From: Nymphaea colorata
Lineage: Eukaryota
NCBI RefSeq assembly: GCF_008831285.2
Contig: NC_045138.2
Location: forward strand, 23,064,001-23,128,000
DNA length: 64,000 nucleotides
Direction of reading: 5' to 3'
The stretch's first letter is position 1. Every line of letters starts with the position of its first letter. Made by a program: the position numbers and the translations under genes. Shown here piece by piece: positions 51,339 to 64,000 of the stretch. A model generated the notes under the pieces. That model had not been told where the DNA came from. It did not search any database and saw only the letters and a program-made list of their open reading frames with translations.

Positions 51339-53621
51339 CTGCAGGAATAAGGCAATTTGAAAATTGTTTTCCATCCAAAACAAGGAAAAAGGTAAATGAA
51401 CAACAAAATGCAGAGACCAACTTGGGCAACCAATGTAGGCTTTAGTGAAAGCACAATACAAGGCAAGCTTACCTTAAATGGTCTTGGCAAAGCACGCCTT
51501 CTGCTACCTTTTTCCTAAACAATAATAACACGATTAAACATCTTCTGGACTTTGACCCTAAGGAATTAAAATATTATTACTTATGCCTTTGTGCAAGCAG
51601 TATTCCTACATAAACAGAGACGTAGACCTTGAAATGACTGGTAAATTGATCAAATTTAGTCCTCATAGACAACTAAATATCAGGAAAAAGGGGCTAAAAA
51701 TGAAAAAGATTGACATACCCACAAAAACGATCAAATCAGCTAGAGGTAAACAGAGAACCAGCGAAGATTGTCTATACTTTCTCATTGCTTCAATCATCCT
51801 GCATGTTGTTGGTTGAGCAACTTCTGAATGACTTGTTGATGTCTCCTTTTTTCTATCATCCCCAGTTTTTTTCCTTTTCTTCTTTATTGTGAATTTCATC
51901 CATAAGGAAGATACTATCAGGAAACTTCAGATGGCCCGTTATAATGTAACTGTCACCATTAAGCTTCTTTTTGTCAGTTTGCATGAAAGGACAATCAGTC
52001 TTCATTTTGATTCCTTAGAGTTAAAACTGGAAGGATTCTAAGTTATGCTAGTATCAGCTAGGAAAGGGCGGAACAAAAGAAGAAGAAGCCCCACTCAAGA
52101 ACATTTACAGATTCCACCTAGTCGGTTGGATAATTTTGCCCAAGCATGGGTTGACTAGCATGAGATTTGAGCTGAAACCATCCAGTGTCGAGTTGTAAAC
52201 AAACTGAACCCTACAAGGTGTTTCTGGATTCTCAGCTAATTTACCAAAAATAGAGGAGAAAGTATATGCAAGCAAAAAGTATGAAGTTATAGATTCATAA
52301 TCATGAAAACAACCAGCAAATTGGAATATAAAATACTGGCGAACACTATTGGCATTGCTACAATAACTGGATCATAAGATGGGTAAAATGGACATATTGC
52401 GATTCAAAATGAGGTTACCCCTTTAGTAAGAACTAAGAAGTACACAATGCTAGTGCTGGTACCAGAAAAGTACGATATGGATGTGAAAGTCTGATGGAAC
52501 TACTACCCATATTAACATAGTCATCGACCTTCTTCCTCTTCCATATATTCTACAATTTTTCCTCCACCGACCCAAGACCAATCCAGCTAGCTATTAAATC
52601 CACCCGAGGAAGGAGATGTTAGGAGAAGTTTCATTTTTCACCGCTGTACATGAATGAGAGAGACCTAAACTATGTGTGAATGCAGGTCGCCATTTTTTCT
52701 AGTAACTTAGGCGCAACTCCACTAAGGATACATATCCATATAGGTGTGCAAGTAAAATACGCCTACACATACCTAAAAGTAAATGAATTCTTGATTTTGG
52801 TAAAGTATATGTGACATCAAATATTAACAACCGATAGGAGTTGACTTGTGTTCGACATCCTATATGCCGCGTCCATGTGAAGTAGGATAGATCATCTCTT
52901 CAAAACCTGGCTCCATTCAGTGAATCAATTGCTTCGCACGTTTCCTTTTCCATCATCAGAGGAAAGAAAAGACATACACACAGACAATCTTCCTAGCAAA
53001 GTCTAAGCAATAAAACTGACGGAAGATGCACACCCACAAAAATTGTCCATCCTGCCAGAACCATCAGAATTTAATAGAACTCTGAGTGAGATTTAGGGCC
53101 TCAGTAGACCCATATATCATATGTAAGATGGATGGACCTAGAAAGAAAACAACCATCATAATCTGGCTCAGTTGCTTTTCTAGACTGAAAGAAACAAAAA
53201 AGACCACACGACCTTCTCCAAGATCTTTATCCGCCCCACAACAAGCAATCTTTGATAATTGAAAAGAAAAAGAAGAAAGGCGGAAACAATGCAAAATAAC
53301 GACTACATCAGCGCAGTGATCCATCAAAGGAAATGAAAAAACAGAAGCAAAAACGAACGACTAACGGACTGAAAACGTCATTAAAATAAGAACACGAAAG
53401 TGAATAAATTCAAAACTTCGACGTGAAAACAGGGCTTAAACCAGTTAACGATCAGAAAGAGACGGGGCTCATCTAATCCGACGGGTCTCGGCGTCAATTT
53501 AACCATCAAATGAAAGGCTATCCCCTACATCTCTTAGGAGAAACGGTAACCCACATTTTAAATTTTTAAAAAGAAAACGCCACACGAGATAAACAGAGAG
53601 AAAGGGAGAGGGGGTGCCTAC

Positions 53622-53820
53622 CAGGCCAAAGGACTCTCACTCTCTTCTTCTTCTTCTTTCGTCTTCTTCCTCTCTTCCAGGAGAAGCGTGTTCTGCCGGA
53701 AGCGTGGCACTGAGATCAGCTGAAGATGGGAGCAACGAGGAAGTCTGGGAGTTCAGGAACTCCGGATTAAGACCTCTTTCCCAGTACACGAGTAGATCCA
53801 GCACAAATCGGTTATGGATC
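53622..53820 (-). other. Probable non-coding first (5' UTR) exon of the transporter gene
   Basis: GA-rich minus-strand leader ending CCTG|GTaggc, followed by CT/T-rich intron-like sequence; the upper boundary is a guess. Confidence 0.45.
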
Positions 53821-54501
53821 ATATATTCTAATATCCAGTCCTGATCTAACTGCTACTTTCGAATCTGGGCAGCTGAACTCAGATCCGTAGTGCACTCAGA
53901 TTTGTCGGTTCTCATTCTACCAACGTTTATTCCAATATTTTAGGTTGGATCTTGTTGAAATCTAGATCCAGACTAAAAGCAAACAAGGATGCAAGTTAAC
54001 ATTCAAATGGCATGTCTTATCTAACTCTCATATTTATACATGCTGTGACAGAAATTGTATTTTGGATATGGATTCACCTCTATCTCTGTTTGGAACTCTC
54101 AGGTTCTAATGTTTTAGCTGCGGATTCAAGTATAATAGGACCTGATATGGATTTTTCTAATGATTTTAATGGAAATGAAAGATGCCACCAATGGGACTAA
54201 ATTATGCGGTTTCAGTCTAGCCATAAGTAACGTTATTAGATGCACCGTGCCTATCCATGAGATTAATAAAAAATGTATATATAACATTAATAAAATATTG
54301 ACAATGTTAGGAAAAACAAACAACTATAAATAATAATTTAACAAGCATCTGAGTTAAAAAAACGTACTTAGCATAATATGTCACACACGAACTAAATGTA
54401 ATTCAATTTGAGACGAAGTAGAAATGGAAAGTAAAATGATACTGCAACACGTAACAAGCTTATACTACCTACAACATAAATGCTTTCATTAGAGACAATC
54501 A

Positions 54502-55203
54502 TGTTGCCGGTCGACTGTGTCTTGCCCAGTCAAGCCAGTAAAAGGTGATGCTGCTTGGCCAGCTTAGGCATAGTTGGAATGCATGTGGGATCAATCGGTC
54601 GCGAGTCAAGTAGAAAGCAATACACGTGGAATGTGCAGCTGTGCAGTGACAAGGCGTTTAAATGCATCAAGATCAGCAGTCCCTTTGGAAGTACAAGTCC
54701 ATCGTTGGGGAATCCAGTAGGTTCCCCACGCGTAGTGTTTGGATACACAAGGAGGTGCGCGTGGGTTGGGGGCAATTCCCCCAGTGGGCGCATATGCTGC
54801 GTTCCACAACCGCGTAGAGTCACGCGAGGGTGAGCAAGTGAATGCTCATCGTCGAGTAGGGCGATGGTCGACCGCCTTACTTAATGACATATAGTCGTCA
54901 ACTGGCTTCGGCTGGAGACTTCCTCCCAAGGGAAGTCTACCCCCACCCAGATTTCGTTTGGATGTAGATAGGCACTTGGAGGAATGGCGAAGTTCTGACA
55001 GGGCCTCATGGCCACGGCTTGCCGATGGTCGACAATGGGATAAACCTGGGTGATGGTGTGCCGAGTGCTTAGCACTCCTTGTCTAGTCCACAGTCCCGAA
55101 GAAAAGATGAATGTTTCCGCTAGCTTAAGAGAGAGACGGCTGGCCGAAGGCTTTGGGGAACGCCTTCGGCGCCACGCGGGCTGGAGAAACTCGGCCCGTG
55201 ACA
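54502..55203 (-). mobile_element. Probable gypsy solo LTR (702 bp, GC-rich)
   Basis: TGTTGCCGG ... GGCCCGTGACA termini, 4-bp flanking repeat ATCA on both sides, sharp GC step; orientation is inferred. Confidence 0.7.
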
Positions 55204-56399
55204 ATCAACATTAACTACTTAAATTATTCCCAGTACTAAAATGGTGACATTTTCGTTGAGTATGACTTACTCCTCGTCTATTTGTACCAAAATTATTCAA
55301 ATAAAAAACAATATGTACCGTGATTGATGGGGATACGATGTACCATTTGCTGCTTCCCAGCTTGTGTGCAATACAATGTCAAACCTTGCTGAACAAAGCC
55401 CAATGGAAACATGTATCATCCTGGCTAAGGAACATTGACATGCCTCGCCAATCCCCACTAATTATTAACTCGACCACAATCAAAGGGGCCGGAAACCATT
55501 GTCGGCAGTGGTGGAGTCAGATTTTTTTTTTTAAATGGGATTATCATATAATTTTCCAAATCTTTATTTAGGCAAAACTAAAATTTTAAAAAGTTTAGTT
55601 AATAAAATTTTGATTTGGTCCATGCAGGCCCTGACTCTACTTGTCGGCAAATTAGAGGTGCACACAAAGTATCAACATCGAAAGGGATCTCACAACTTTA
55701 TAGGGGCGAAGCCAAGGGGGGACCGGCAGGGGCCATGCCCCACCCACTGCACCGACGAGAATTCAGAAAAAAAAAAAAAATCCTAAAAGACAATATTGGA
55801 GGGCATTTCCAACCCAAAATTTCTATGAATGAAGTTGGATATCGTTTACAAAGCCCTAGCATCTCTATGTTTCTGCCATACGCTTCATGCTTTTATTTAT
55901 CTTATGTTTGACCTTGATTTGGATCTTGATGTCATGCTGGCATCAATTGCTGCTCTAGTTGTAGTTTCTTCTCTCATTGAAGAGTGCATACTAAAGAGTA
56001 CAGTAAAATGAACTAAAAAAATCTGTGTAAGTACCCTTGTTTTTGTTCATGCATTGGCATGTGTAAATGGTTTTCTAGTGTTCATGACTTTAAGCTGCAC
56101 ATAATTAGTTTGACTTGGAGATGTTTCCTTTATCCCTTTTTCAGTACTAAAGATTGAGCTGATTGTAGAAGCATTAGCTTTGGTTATTCACATGTAAGCC
56201 GATTAGTGGGTTAGGGTCTAATTTGATTTAAGTTTCATATGGAAATAATTGGTTATGAACAACAACATTGCGATGCTTGGGGTTGTTTGGGGCATTGAAT
56301 TTTGGTATCATAAAAGTCAGACCTTAACTTACGATGCTTCCTTTTTTACTGATGTTTTATCCTTCTTTTTGTGTTTTTACTGTTTTTTGATAGAAGAAC

Positions 56400-59300
56400 T
56401 TAACTCAAACCATTTGTGAAACTTTCAATCAGTTGAATACCCAACTTTTCTGGAACCCGTCACCCTTAAACCAACCTTTTGTATAGAAGACCCTACTTTT
56501 ATGGGAGATTTGGTGAAGTTCATTCTTTTAACCAGCCAAGTTTTACATTCAACCATCTCTTTAGGGAGTATAGTTCCTTTCTCCTGGTGATATGTCATTT
56601 GATGTCAAGAATTTTTGTAAAAGAGAAACTTTTCAGTTTTGATAAAAACATTTTGGAAGTGTTTTCTCACACAATGATGTGCCTTGATTTATTCTTAGTA
56701 CCTTTCAAGTGGAAGGTAGAAATTTCAAGTTCTTGTTGTCCATCAACGGAAGAGAAAAATTGAAAAAAATCCTGGATATGAGCATTGAAGAAAAATTCTC
56801 TGAAGTTGAGAAAGTCAAGACTAGGAAATGCTATTGAGTTTGGCGATCAAGCATCTGCAAGGATTTAGCAATAAAATATCTTGACGGAGAAGCCAAAATG
56901 TTCAAATAAGATCTTGGCATGTAGCAAAATGAGAATTGAGAGATGGGCTCAGGGCTTGTGTAGTCGTTCCTCTGAGTCAATAATCGAGTGTACCAGATAG
57001 GCATAAATGTGATTTATATTTATTTCACGAAGATGATGACTTACAAACTTTTGGCTCGTTGAAAACCCATAAGGTGAAGCGGGTTGGACACGTCACAAAG
57101 CTATACATAACCACCAAAGCGGTGGAGCTTCGTAGTAGCCTTTGGGGTGGTGAGGTATTCCCTCAAAGGTGAAGGTCTGCCCAAAAAAAAAATCAAACAC
57201 AAGAAAAAAAGTTTGAAAGGCAAAAAGCCGAATGCAAAAGAAAAAAATGAAGAAAAAACAAGAAAAAAGCAAAATGTGCCTGCCAAAAGATGAAATACAT
57301 GAAGGCAGAACTCGCAAGAATTGAATGCGACAATCTTTCATGGATGTACGATTTTGAGGTCAATATCTGCTCCTTTTTTTTATTATCTAGGATGTCGAGG
57401 ATGATTCCTTTTTGTTAAGAAATGACAATCAACTGCATGGACAAAAAACTTGCATAAGTAACTCCCTCTATGAGGCACATATCATTTGTAGGAAAGAACA
57501 AGAATTTGCTTCTATTAGTGCATTCCATATGGTCTCCTCTACTTCAAGTCACTTTGTCATGTTTCTTCAATTTCTTCCTTTTCCTTCTTAATTAGATTTT
57601 CACATGTACAAGGAAAAAAAGAATGTTATAATACAGGTTTTCATACAAGAACTTGCCTAAAGTCCACATCATAATTGTGGTAATCTCTAAAGCAATCGCC
57701 TGTTCCATTAAAAAAAAAGTAAAAAACAAAGTGAAATTAAAACTATATGAAAACTACTTGGGAGAAATTCAACAATGAACGACATCAAAAGACAGTGGAC
57801 ACTAATGTCAAAACATAGAAGTACCAACAAGAAGAAACACGAGAACATCTTTTTCAGTGACAAGGAAGCTTACATACTTCCTTTCTTTAATCGTTATTGA
57901 CAACCCAAGCTGTGGATGTGGCACCTTCAGTTGAACTTGATACAAGCATCATATGACAATTGGTTTGGAAGAAGACAAAACTTTACATGTTTGCATATCC
58001 GTGAGTACAATGCAAGTGTCCCACCTGCAATAAAATTGAGCAACCAAGTCCTGCAATTAGATCTCATAACTAAGATTTAGCTACGAGCACAAAAAGAAAG
58101 CATGCTTTTAATTGTATGAATTGACATGTTAGCTCTGAAAATAAAAACACTATATATGCACATTTGAACAGTGGACCCATAAGCCACAGTTCTAGCCTTC
58201 TAGGCTGCACTAATACACCAATCAGCCATATTACACCTGCATTGTGATATTTTAGAAATGCCATAAAAATTCAAGCACAAGCTCCACATCAACAAATACA
58301 TGTTTTTCAGTACTTGGGTGCACGTGCACGTGTCTTTCTACTTGGGTATGAGAGAGAGAGACACACACACATGTTCATGACAAAGACCCTGAGTCATATC
58401 TTCCATATGCTTTAAACCACAATAAACATGAAAAGAAAAGGCATTATTTCGTGTTCAGTACATCAACAGCACATTCCTAAGGATGCCTTTAACCAACACT
58501 ATAGCAAACTCCGGTTGTATTAACTATTAAGTACTTTGGTTTTTCTAGAAAAGTTGTCGTTGAATGGTGAATGGCATCAGAGGCTCTTAGTTTGCCAACC
58601 ACAACAGGCCTGGCAAGCGACCAAGTTCACGAAAACCCAGAATGTTAGGATCAAGTACATGAATTCATACAATGCATAAAATGCTTGCCATATCAAGTGT
58701 TAGGAATTATTCTTGGGAAAAAAAAATTATCACTATTCACCTTCTAGTTCATGATCCTGGGCCTTACCTACAGCAACATCTAGATAAGAACATCAAAAAC
58801 CAAAAACAAATCTGAAAACAAGCTTACCACGACATTCTAAAATAAGCATTAGTTGTCATTTTCACGGCTAAAAAACTTACATTCTAACATAATTTTGGAC
58901 CAAACTCAGCTCACCTTCTCCTCCAATGTAGGAAAAACATCTCTATTATGGGAAGGGGAAAAACTGGATTAAAAGCAATTGACGGGGAGTAGGCCAAATA
59001 GCCAGCCTTAAATGAGTGACAACATAAATAGCATCAATGAGAAAAGATTCAATAATATCATAATTTTTCCCCAATGCAAGATACTATCCGGATTTATGGA
59101 TAAACAAACACATACTAGTCAAAATATCCTTAACACTCAACTAACATGACACAAGAAGAAACTGAATACTAACCTGGTCCAAAACTATGAAGGACCCAGC
59201 TGTCGAAGCAAAGGCATGTGAGGGTAGTTGGTGACGATGAAAAATAACTCCACCCCATTTTGCAAAACCATGTATTGCAAGCTAAGACAAATATTAGATG

Positions 59301-60747
59301 AAGCCAGGAACAACACTCATGCAACTTCAAAAGATAGAACTTTTCAAAAATGTCACAGTTCAAAATTGACCAGTTCTTTTGAAAACAGATAAGAAATATT
59401 CCATGATAGCCTCAACCCTAAGTCTGGGTTATGTCATTGAAAAATAGGTTGAAGACATTTCAACAAGTTGAAGACACTTGGTTAAGATGGAATTATGGGT
59501 CAGGTTCCCAAATGATGTGCCTCTCCTAAGATAAAGGAAAAGATGGACAAATTGTCACATTCAGCATAAGTGGACTAGGTTTGAAGAGTTCCATCTATTT
59601 CATGAATGGACTAGTAGTTTGTTAATGAAATGGCAAACACCTTTCAAGACCAAAGGAGATTGGTTAGTTCCTCTTATGCCTAGAAAACCTCGATGTCAAG
59701 TTTTTACTTTGAAATAGTTCAAGATTATCACTTTAACTCATAAGTTTGAGTGCTCGTGTTGTGCAAGTAATATGTCATTCACTAATCCATAGTACCATAC
59801 AAGGATTAGGATTCATTTCGCATCAATGTCGTTGAACCTCTAGAAGGGATATCTTTCAATTTCCAAAATGTGAACATAAAGGAATAATCCTTGACATCTT
59901 AGGTAATAAAAAAAGGAGCAGATATTGACCCCAAATTCACACATCCACAAAAGATCGTTACATTCAATTCCTGCGAGTTCAACCTTCATGTCTTTCATCT
60001 CTTGGAAGACACCTTTTATTTTTTTTCTTAGTTTTTTTTGTTTTTCTTTCTTTTACATTTAAGGGAATACCTCACCACCTCAAAGGCTACTACGAAGCTC
60101 CACCGTTTTGGTGGTTATGTGTAGCTTTGTCACGTGTCCAACCCGCTTCACCTTATGGGTTTTCGACGAGCCAAAGGTTCGTAAGTCATTATCTTCGCGA
60201 AATAGACATAAATCAGCTTTATGCCTACCCGGTACTCTTGATTCCTGACTCAGAGGAACAACTACACAAGCCCCGAGCCCATCTCTCAACACTCATTTTG
60301 CTACCTGCCAAGAACTTACAGAGCATTGTGGCTTCTCTCTCAGCATATTTTCATGTTAAATCCTTGCAAATGTTTGAACACCAGAGTCAATAGCATTTCC
60401 TAATCTTAACTTTCTCAGTTTCATAGGAGTTTTCCTTACTGTTCAGATCCAGGATTTTTTCAGCTTTCCTCTTCCATTGATTGAAAACAAAAACTTGAAA
60501 GTTTCTCCTACTTGAGAATATACTAAGACTAAAGCAAAGACATATCATTATGAGCGAAGACATTTTCAAAATGTTTTCAAATAAAATTAAAAAAAATATA
60601 TTTTACAAATGTTCTTGACATCAAATGGTATATCACCAGGAGGCATAAACTATACTCTCTAAAGAGATGGGTGAAAGCAAGACAAGATGGGTAGACTGAG
60701 TAAGAGGCAGACTTTTTGACTTCTGACAGGTTCACAAATCTGGGTTA
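56400..60747. repeat. Large imperfect inverted repeat (arms ~56400-57415 and ~59873-60747)
   Basis: For example 57041-57175 is the reverse complement of 60061-60200 (GAAAACCCATAAGGTGAAGCGGGTTGGACACG / CGTGTCCAACCCGCTTCACCTTATGGGTTTTC). Confidence 0.9.
57878..58024 (-). pseudogene. KUP/HAK/KT potassium transporter exon fragment (frameshifted)
   Basis: ttgcAG|GT GGG ACA CTT GCA TTG TAC TCA reads GGTLALYSRICKHVKFCLLPNQLSYDACI, then after a frameshift QLKVPHPQLGLSITIKER; matches the recalled KUP5/7/12-type GGTFALYSLICRH..LPNQLPSDARIS..LKVPSPELERSLKIKER. Confidence 0.8.
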
Positions 60748-63190
60748 AAAAGACATTATATTGTAAAGAGCCAATATGAAAACTCAGGATTTTTTTACTC
60801 TATAGAACTAGAGGATTTTAGAAAACCAAAATTCAGAATTTTTTGAACAAGTTTGGTATTTTTTTATTCTTCCCAATTTCTGTACAAAGTAGAACAGAAT
60901 AAAAGTTCTCAAAAACAATTTTCCCTAATTAAACTAGTAAAGGTCAGTAAAAAACCCACAAAATTCAGAAAATTATAATCACATGCAAGAAGATCAAAAC
61001 ACAAAATGCTTGCACCAAAGATGAACATACAACACTCAAGCACACAGGGCAAGAATAATACAAATAAAAAGAAGAAATCACACTATTATAGAATAAATAG
61101 AAAACAGATTTTGTCTTCAAAGAACAAAGTAACTCACTTCTTGTAAAGGACCATGAACATTCATCGTATTCCCAAAGGTTACCATGACAATTAATTGGTG
61201 CTGCATTAAGGGGAAACATTTTTTGACAATAAGACTGTCTTAAACAAGTGCAGTCCACTAATTAAGAAGGAAAGAAAGAAAAAAATGCATACCCGATGAC
61301 GACTGCTAAAGCCTATCTACAACAATGCGCTGCCTCATTGAGCCTTCACTTTCTCACGACAAATTTGACCTGCCATCAGCAGAATTAGGTCACAAGTCAT
61401 AACTGCAAATACAAGAAAAGCAGAATTATAGGAAAGATATAAGCAATATTTAGAACTAGTCAAGAATAGGAGAAGAAACCATACAATTTGAAGCAAAAGG
61501 CAATAATGTCATTAATGCTAGAAATTACAACAGACAGGCCCAAATATAACTAAATTCATCTATTTAGCAGCCAACAAAGAAAAATGACAACGTAGGAAAG
61601 TCCGATATTCATATAAGATCCATGTTGTAAGCAGACCCTTTTCCAAAGCACGCTAGTTCATAGCTAGAAGGTGTTGCTGTGACCAATAGGTCACAGCCTG
61701 ACAGCAACAATTTTGATAGCGAGATGATCACATCTGCTATAATGCATTGACTTTAACAATATGCAGCCTTTTTTATTTTGATATTTTGATCATACAAGCC
61801 AATAGTATTTTACTGTACTTATGTTAACGTTTAAATATAAAATGGCTTTCTAATTAAAATTTCAAAATTTTTAAAAGAGCATCCAACAGATCGTAATGCC
61901 GCAAAACAAATGCATTAGAATGAGATCAGGAGCAAAGGCTGAAAAACCATCCATACTGATTGAAACTGAACGCAAATCAGTGATGGAGACACATACTGCC
62001 CACATCAGCCCTTCAATGTTTCTTTATTTTCACATTAACATATATATATATATATATATATCTACTACTCAAGCAAATGCTAGTGATTGAGCCTTTCCAG
62101 TACCTAACAACGGAGTCACAGTAGAGAAACGCTGTGAGAAGAGATCTGTGGGTCAATAGCTTTTTATATTTTTTAAAAAAAATTGTGATCAATTGGTGGG
62201 GTTTCGGTATTTAAAGATTAAGAGACAATTTAATAATCATTAAAGGGAAGAGGAGCAGAAAGAAGACAACAAGGAATCATCTTTCTATCATCAGTTTAAC
62301 CATATTTACTGCTTAACGGGACAAAAAGAGAGATCCCTATGTGGGAGAGACCGCCAGTAGACGCTGTCCCTCGTTGATCTGTATGGTGGACAGATATCTA
62401 CTGGTCTCTCATACGGTTCCAAACAAATAAGACATGATTTGAAATAATCTAGATTCACATGCACAAGTTCACACGTAGATATAAACCTGTAAGATGCATA
62501 CCGGTTCTTGTCATGATACATAACTAGAGAAGAATGAAGAATGAAGATGGATAATCTCACATTGAAGGTGAGCAGGGACTGATCCTCAAAAATTTTTCAA
62601 CTATTGAAACCGCTCTGGCTCTTGAATGGGTGCGAAATAAAGAGGTGCATGGCAAAGAATTTTTGGAGTGAAGGGTCACAACCAGTGAAGCCTTCAGCAC
62701 ACGTTCTCCAACAAACTTAACAATTCTCTAAATTCAATTACCTATTAGCATATGAAACTTATCCAACTTGGCAAATTCTATGTGGGGCACAAAGTGAAGG
62801 GAGCCAAAAACTCTATGATATGATATGACATGGTTTAATACGGAGGAGATGGAAGTGGCCAGACTTAAAAGAGGAGAGGGTTTGGAAAGAGGAGGGCAGC
62901 CGGATGCATAGTTGGGTCTGCCTCTGCAAATCGGCGATTTGTCTGAATCTCAAGGACAACCCATACCGTCCTGTGTGAGCAAGCTAATGAGGATGGTGAT
63001 CACAATGTTCCTCAAATACAGAAAAGGCAACAAAGATCCAATAAATTTTGGCACATTCAATGACTCAATCAGTTGGGCTTAGAAACAAATATCATATACT
63101 TTTTCTAAGATAAAGCATATCCCAAACGACCCTCCCTATGTTAAAAGGGTGAAGAAGACGACTAGGGCAGCGATTTGGGGAATTCTCCAC

Positions 63191-63833
63191 TAAGGCTGGG
63201 CATCGGGCCGGGCCAGGCCCATGTAATATCGGGCCTCGGGCTTCGGTTTATGCCCGAGGCCCGGCCCGATTATTAACGGGCCGGGCAGGCTGGGCCGGGC
63301 TTTGAGGCAGGTTGCTACTTGCTAGCCTCTAGCTCACTCAAAAAATGAGCACGAACATAAACCATGTGCACTTAATAGAATAACAAAAACAAGAACAACA
63401 CCAACCAGTAGAAAATAGTCCTTTAGAGGAGAAGCACTCAATGCAACTGACGATGAAGCAAGTAGAGCAGCTGTGCGATGGCGGCGACCGACGGGAGGAC
63501 CGGAGGAGGCAGCCAAGGGGCGACAACCGATGAGGAAGACTGGAGGAGGCAGTCTTGAGCTTGCGGCGATGAAATTTCTTAATGAAACGAAAAGAGGAAA
63601 AGAAAACCTAACCCATAACCCTAAGTTCCTAATTCTCTAAGTTCATTTTTTTTAAAGAAAAAAAAAAACCCATGTCAGGCTTATCGGGCCGCCACCAATC
63701 ACAGTGGCAGGCCCGGGCCGGGCCGAGCCCGATAAATTTGGCCCGAAAACCTTTTTGTCAAGGCCCGGGCTCGGGCCCATGGTGGGCCGGGTACCGGGTA
63801 CTCGGCGGCGGCCCGGCCCGGTGCCCAGCCTTA
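63191..63833. mobile_element. Young non-autonomous hAT element (643 bp)
   Basis: 24-bp TIRs TAAGGCTGGGCAYCGGGCCGGGCC with 1 mismatch, perfect 8-bp TSD TTCTCCAC (63183-63190, 63834-63841), GGCCC subterminal repeats. Confidence 0.93.
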
Positions 63834-64000
63834 TTCTCCACGAGCAAAGACAAAAAGTAAAAAATAAATTATGCCCTAAAACTGAAGAAGGAAAGACACG
63901 GGTAGGGCTCGATAGAGGGGGATGCAGCCTAGTTCAACGCCTTCGGTCTTTCAGAATGGGAGATGCGCCGCACTCAGAGTTTGTTGAATCAATTGTTCGT

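Noticed and set aside
51663..51899. Lys-rich ORF ending ..MRKYRQSSL as the transporter's first coding exon
   Set aside because: Only weak resemblance to homolog N-termini, weak donor, and it cannot be joined in frame through 51473-51514 to the main ORF
62550..62590. Possible upstream KUP exon relic (SPxxTFNV-like)
   Set aside because: Requires a frameshift and the flanking sequence does not continue the KUP pattern

Overview
Repeat-rich angiosperm nuclear DNA. No prokaryotic features, CRISPR, rRNA or tRNA genes were seen. One host gene is clear: a minus-strand nucleotide-sugar transporter (CMP-sialic acid transporter-like, resembling Arabidopsis At4g35335 as recalled) with 9 GT-AG coding exons between 27350 and about 51338. 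Its four central exons appear to be missing, yet the flanking exons join in frame across a 19.7-kb intron. That intron holds three related Ty1/copia units: chimeric plus-strand element A (30444-36571, unmatched LTRs/flanks, duplicated RT fused at a microhomology), minus-strand element B (37242-47686, TSD GTGGT) and younger element C nested in B (40470-45742, TSD CAAAC, 40-bp terminal duplication in both LTRs). All three share a predicted 293-nt protease-spanning intron, and B keeps an intact spliced Gag-only ORF. The left 27 kb is old TE debris (copia, LINE, gypsy, MITEs). The right end has a solo LTR, a ~0.9-1 kb inverted repeat enclosing a KUP/HAK potassium-transporter exon relic, and a young hAT element. 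All alignments and counts were done by eye and family assignments come from recalled motifs, not database searches.
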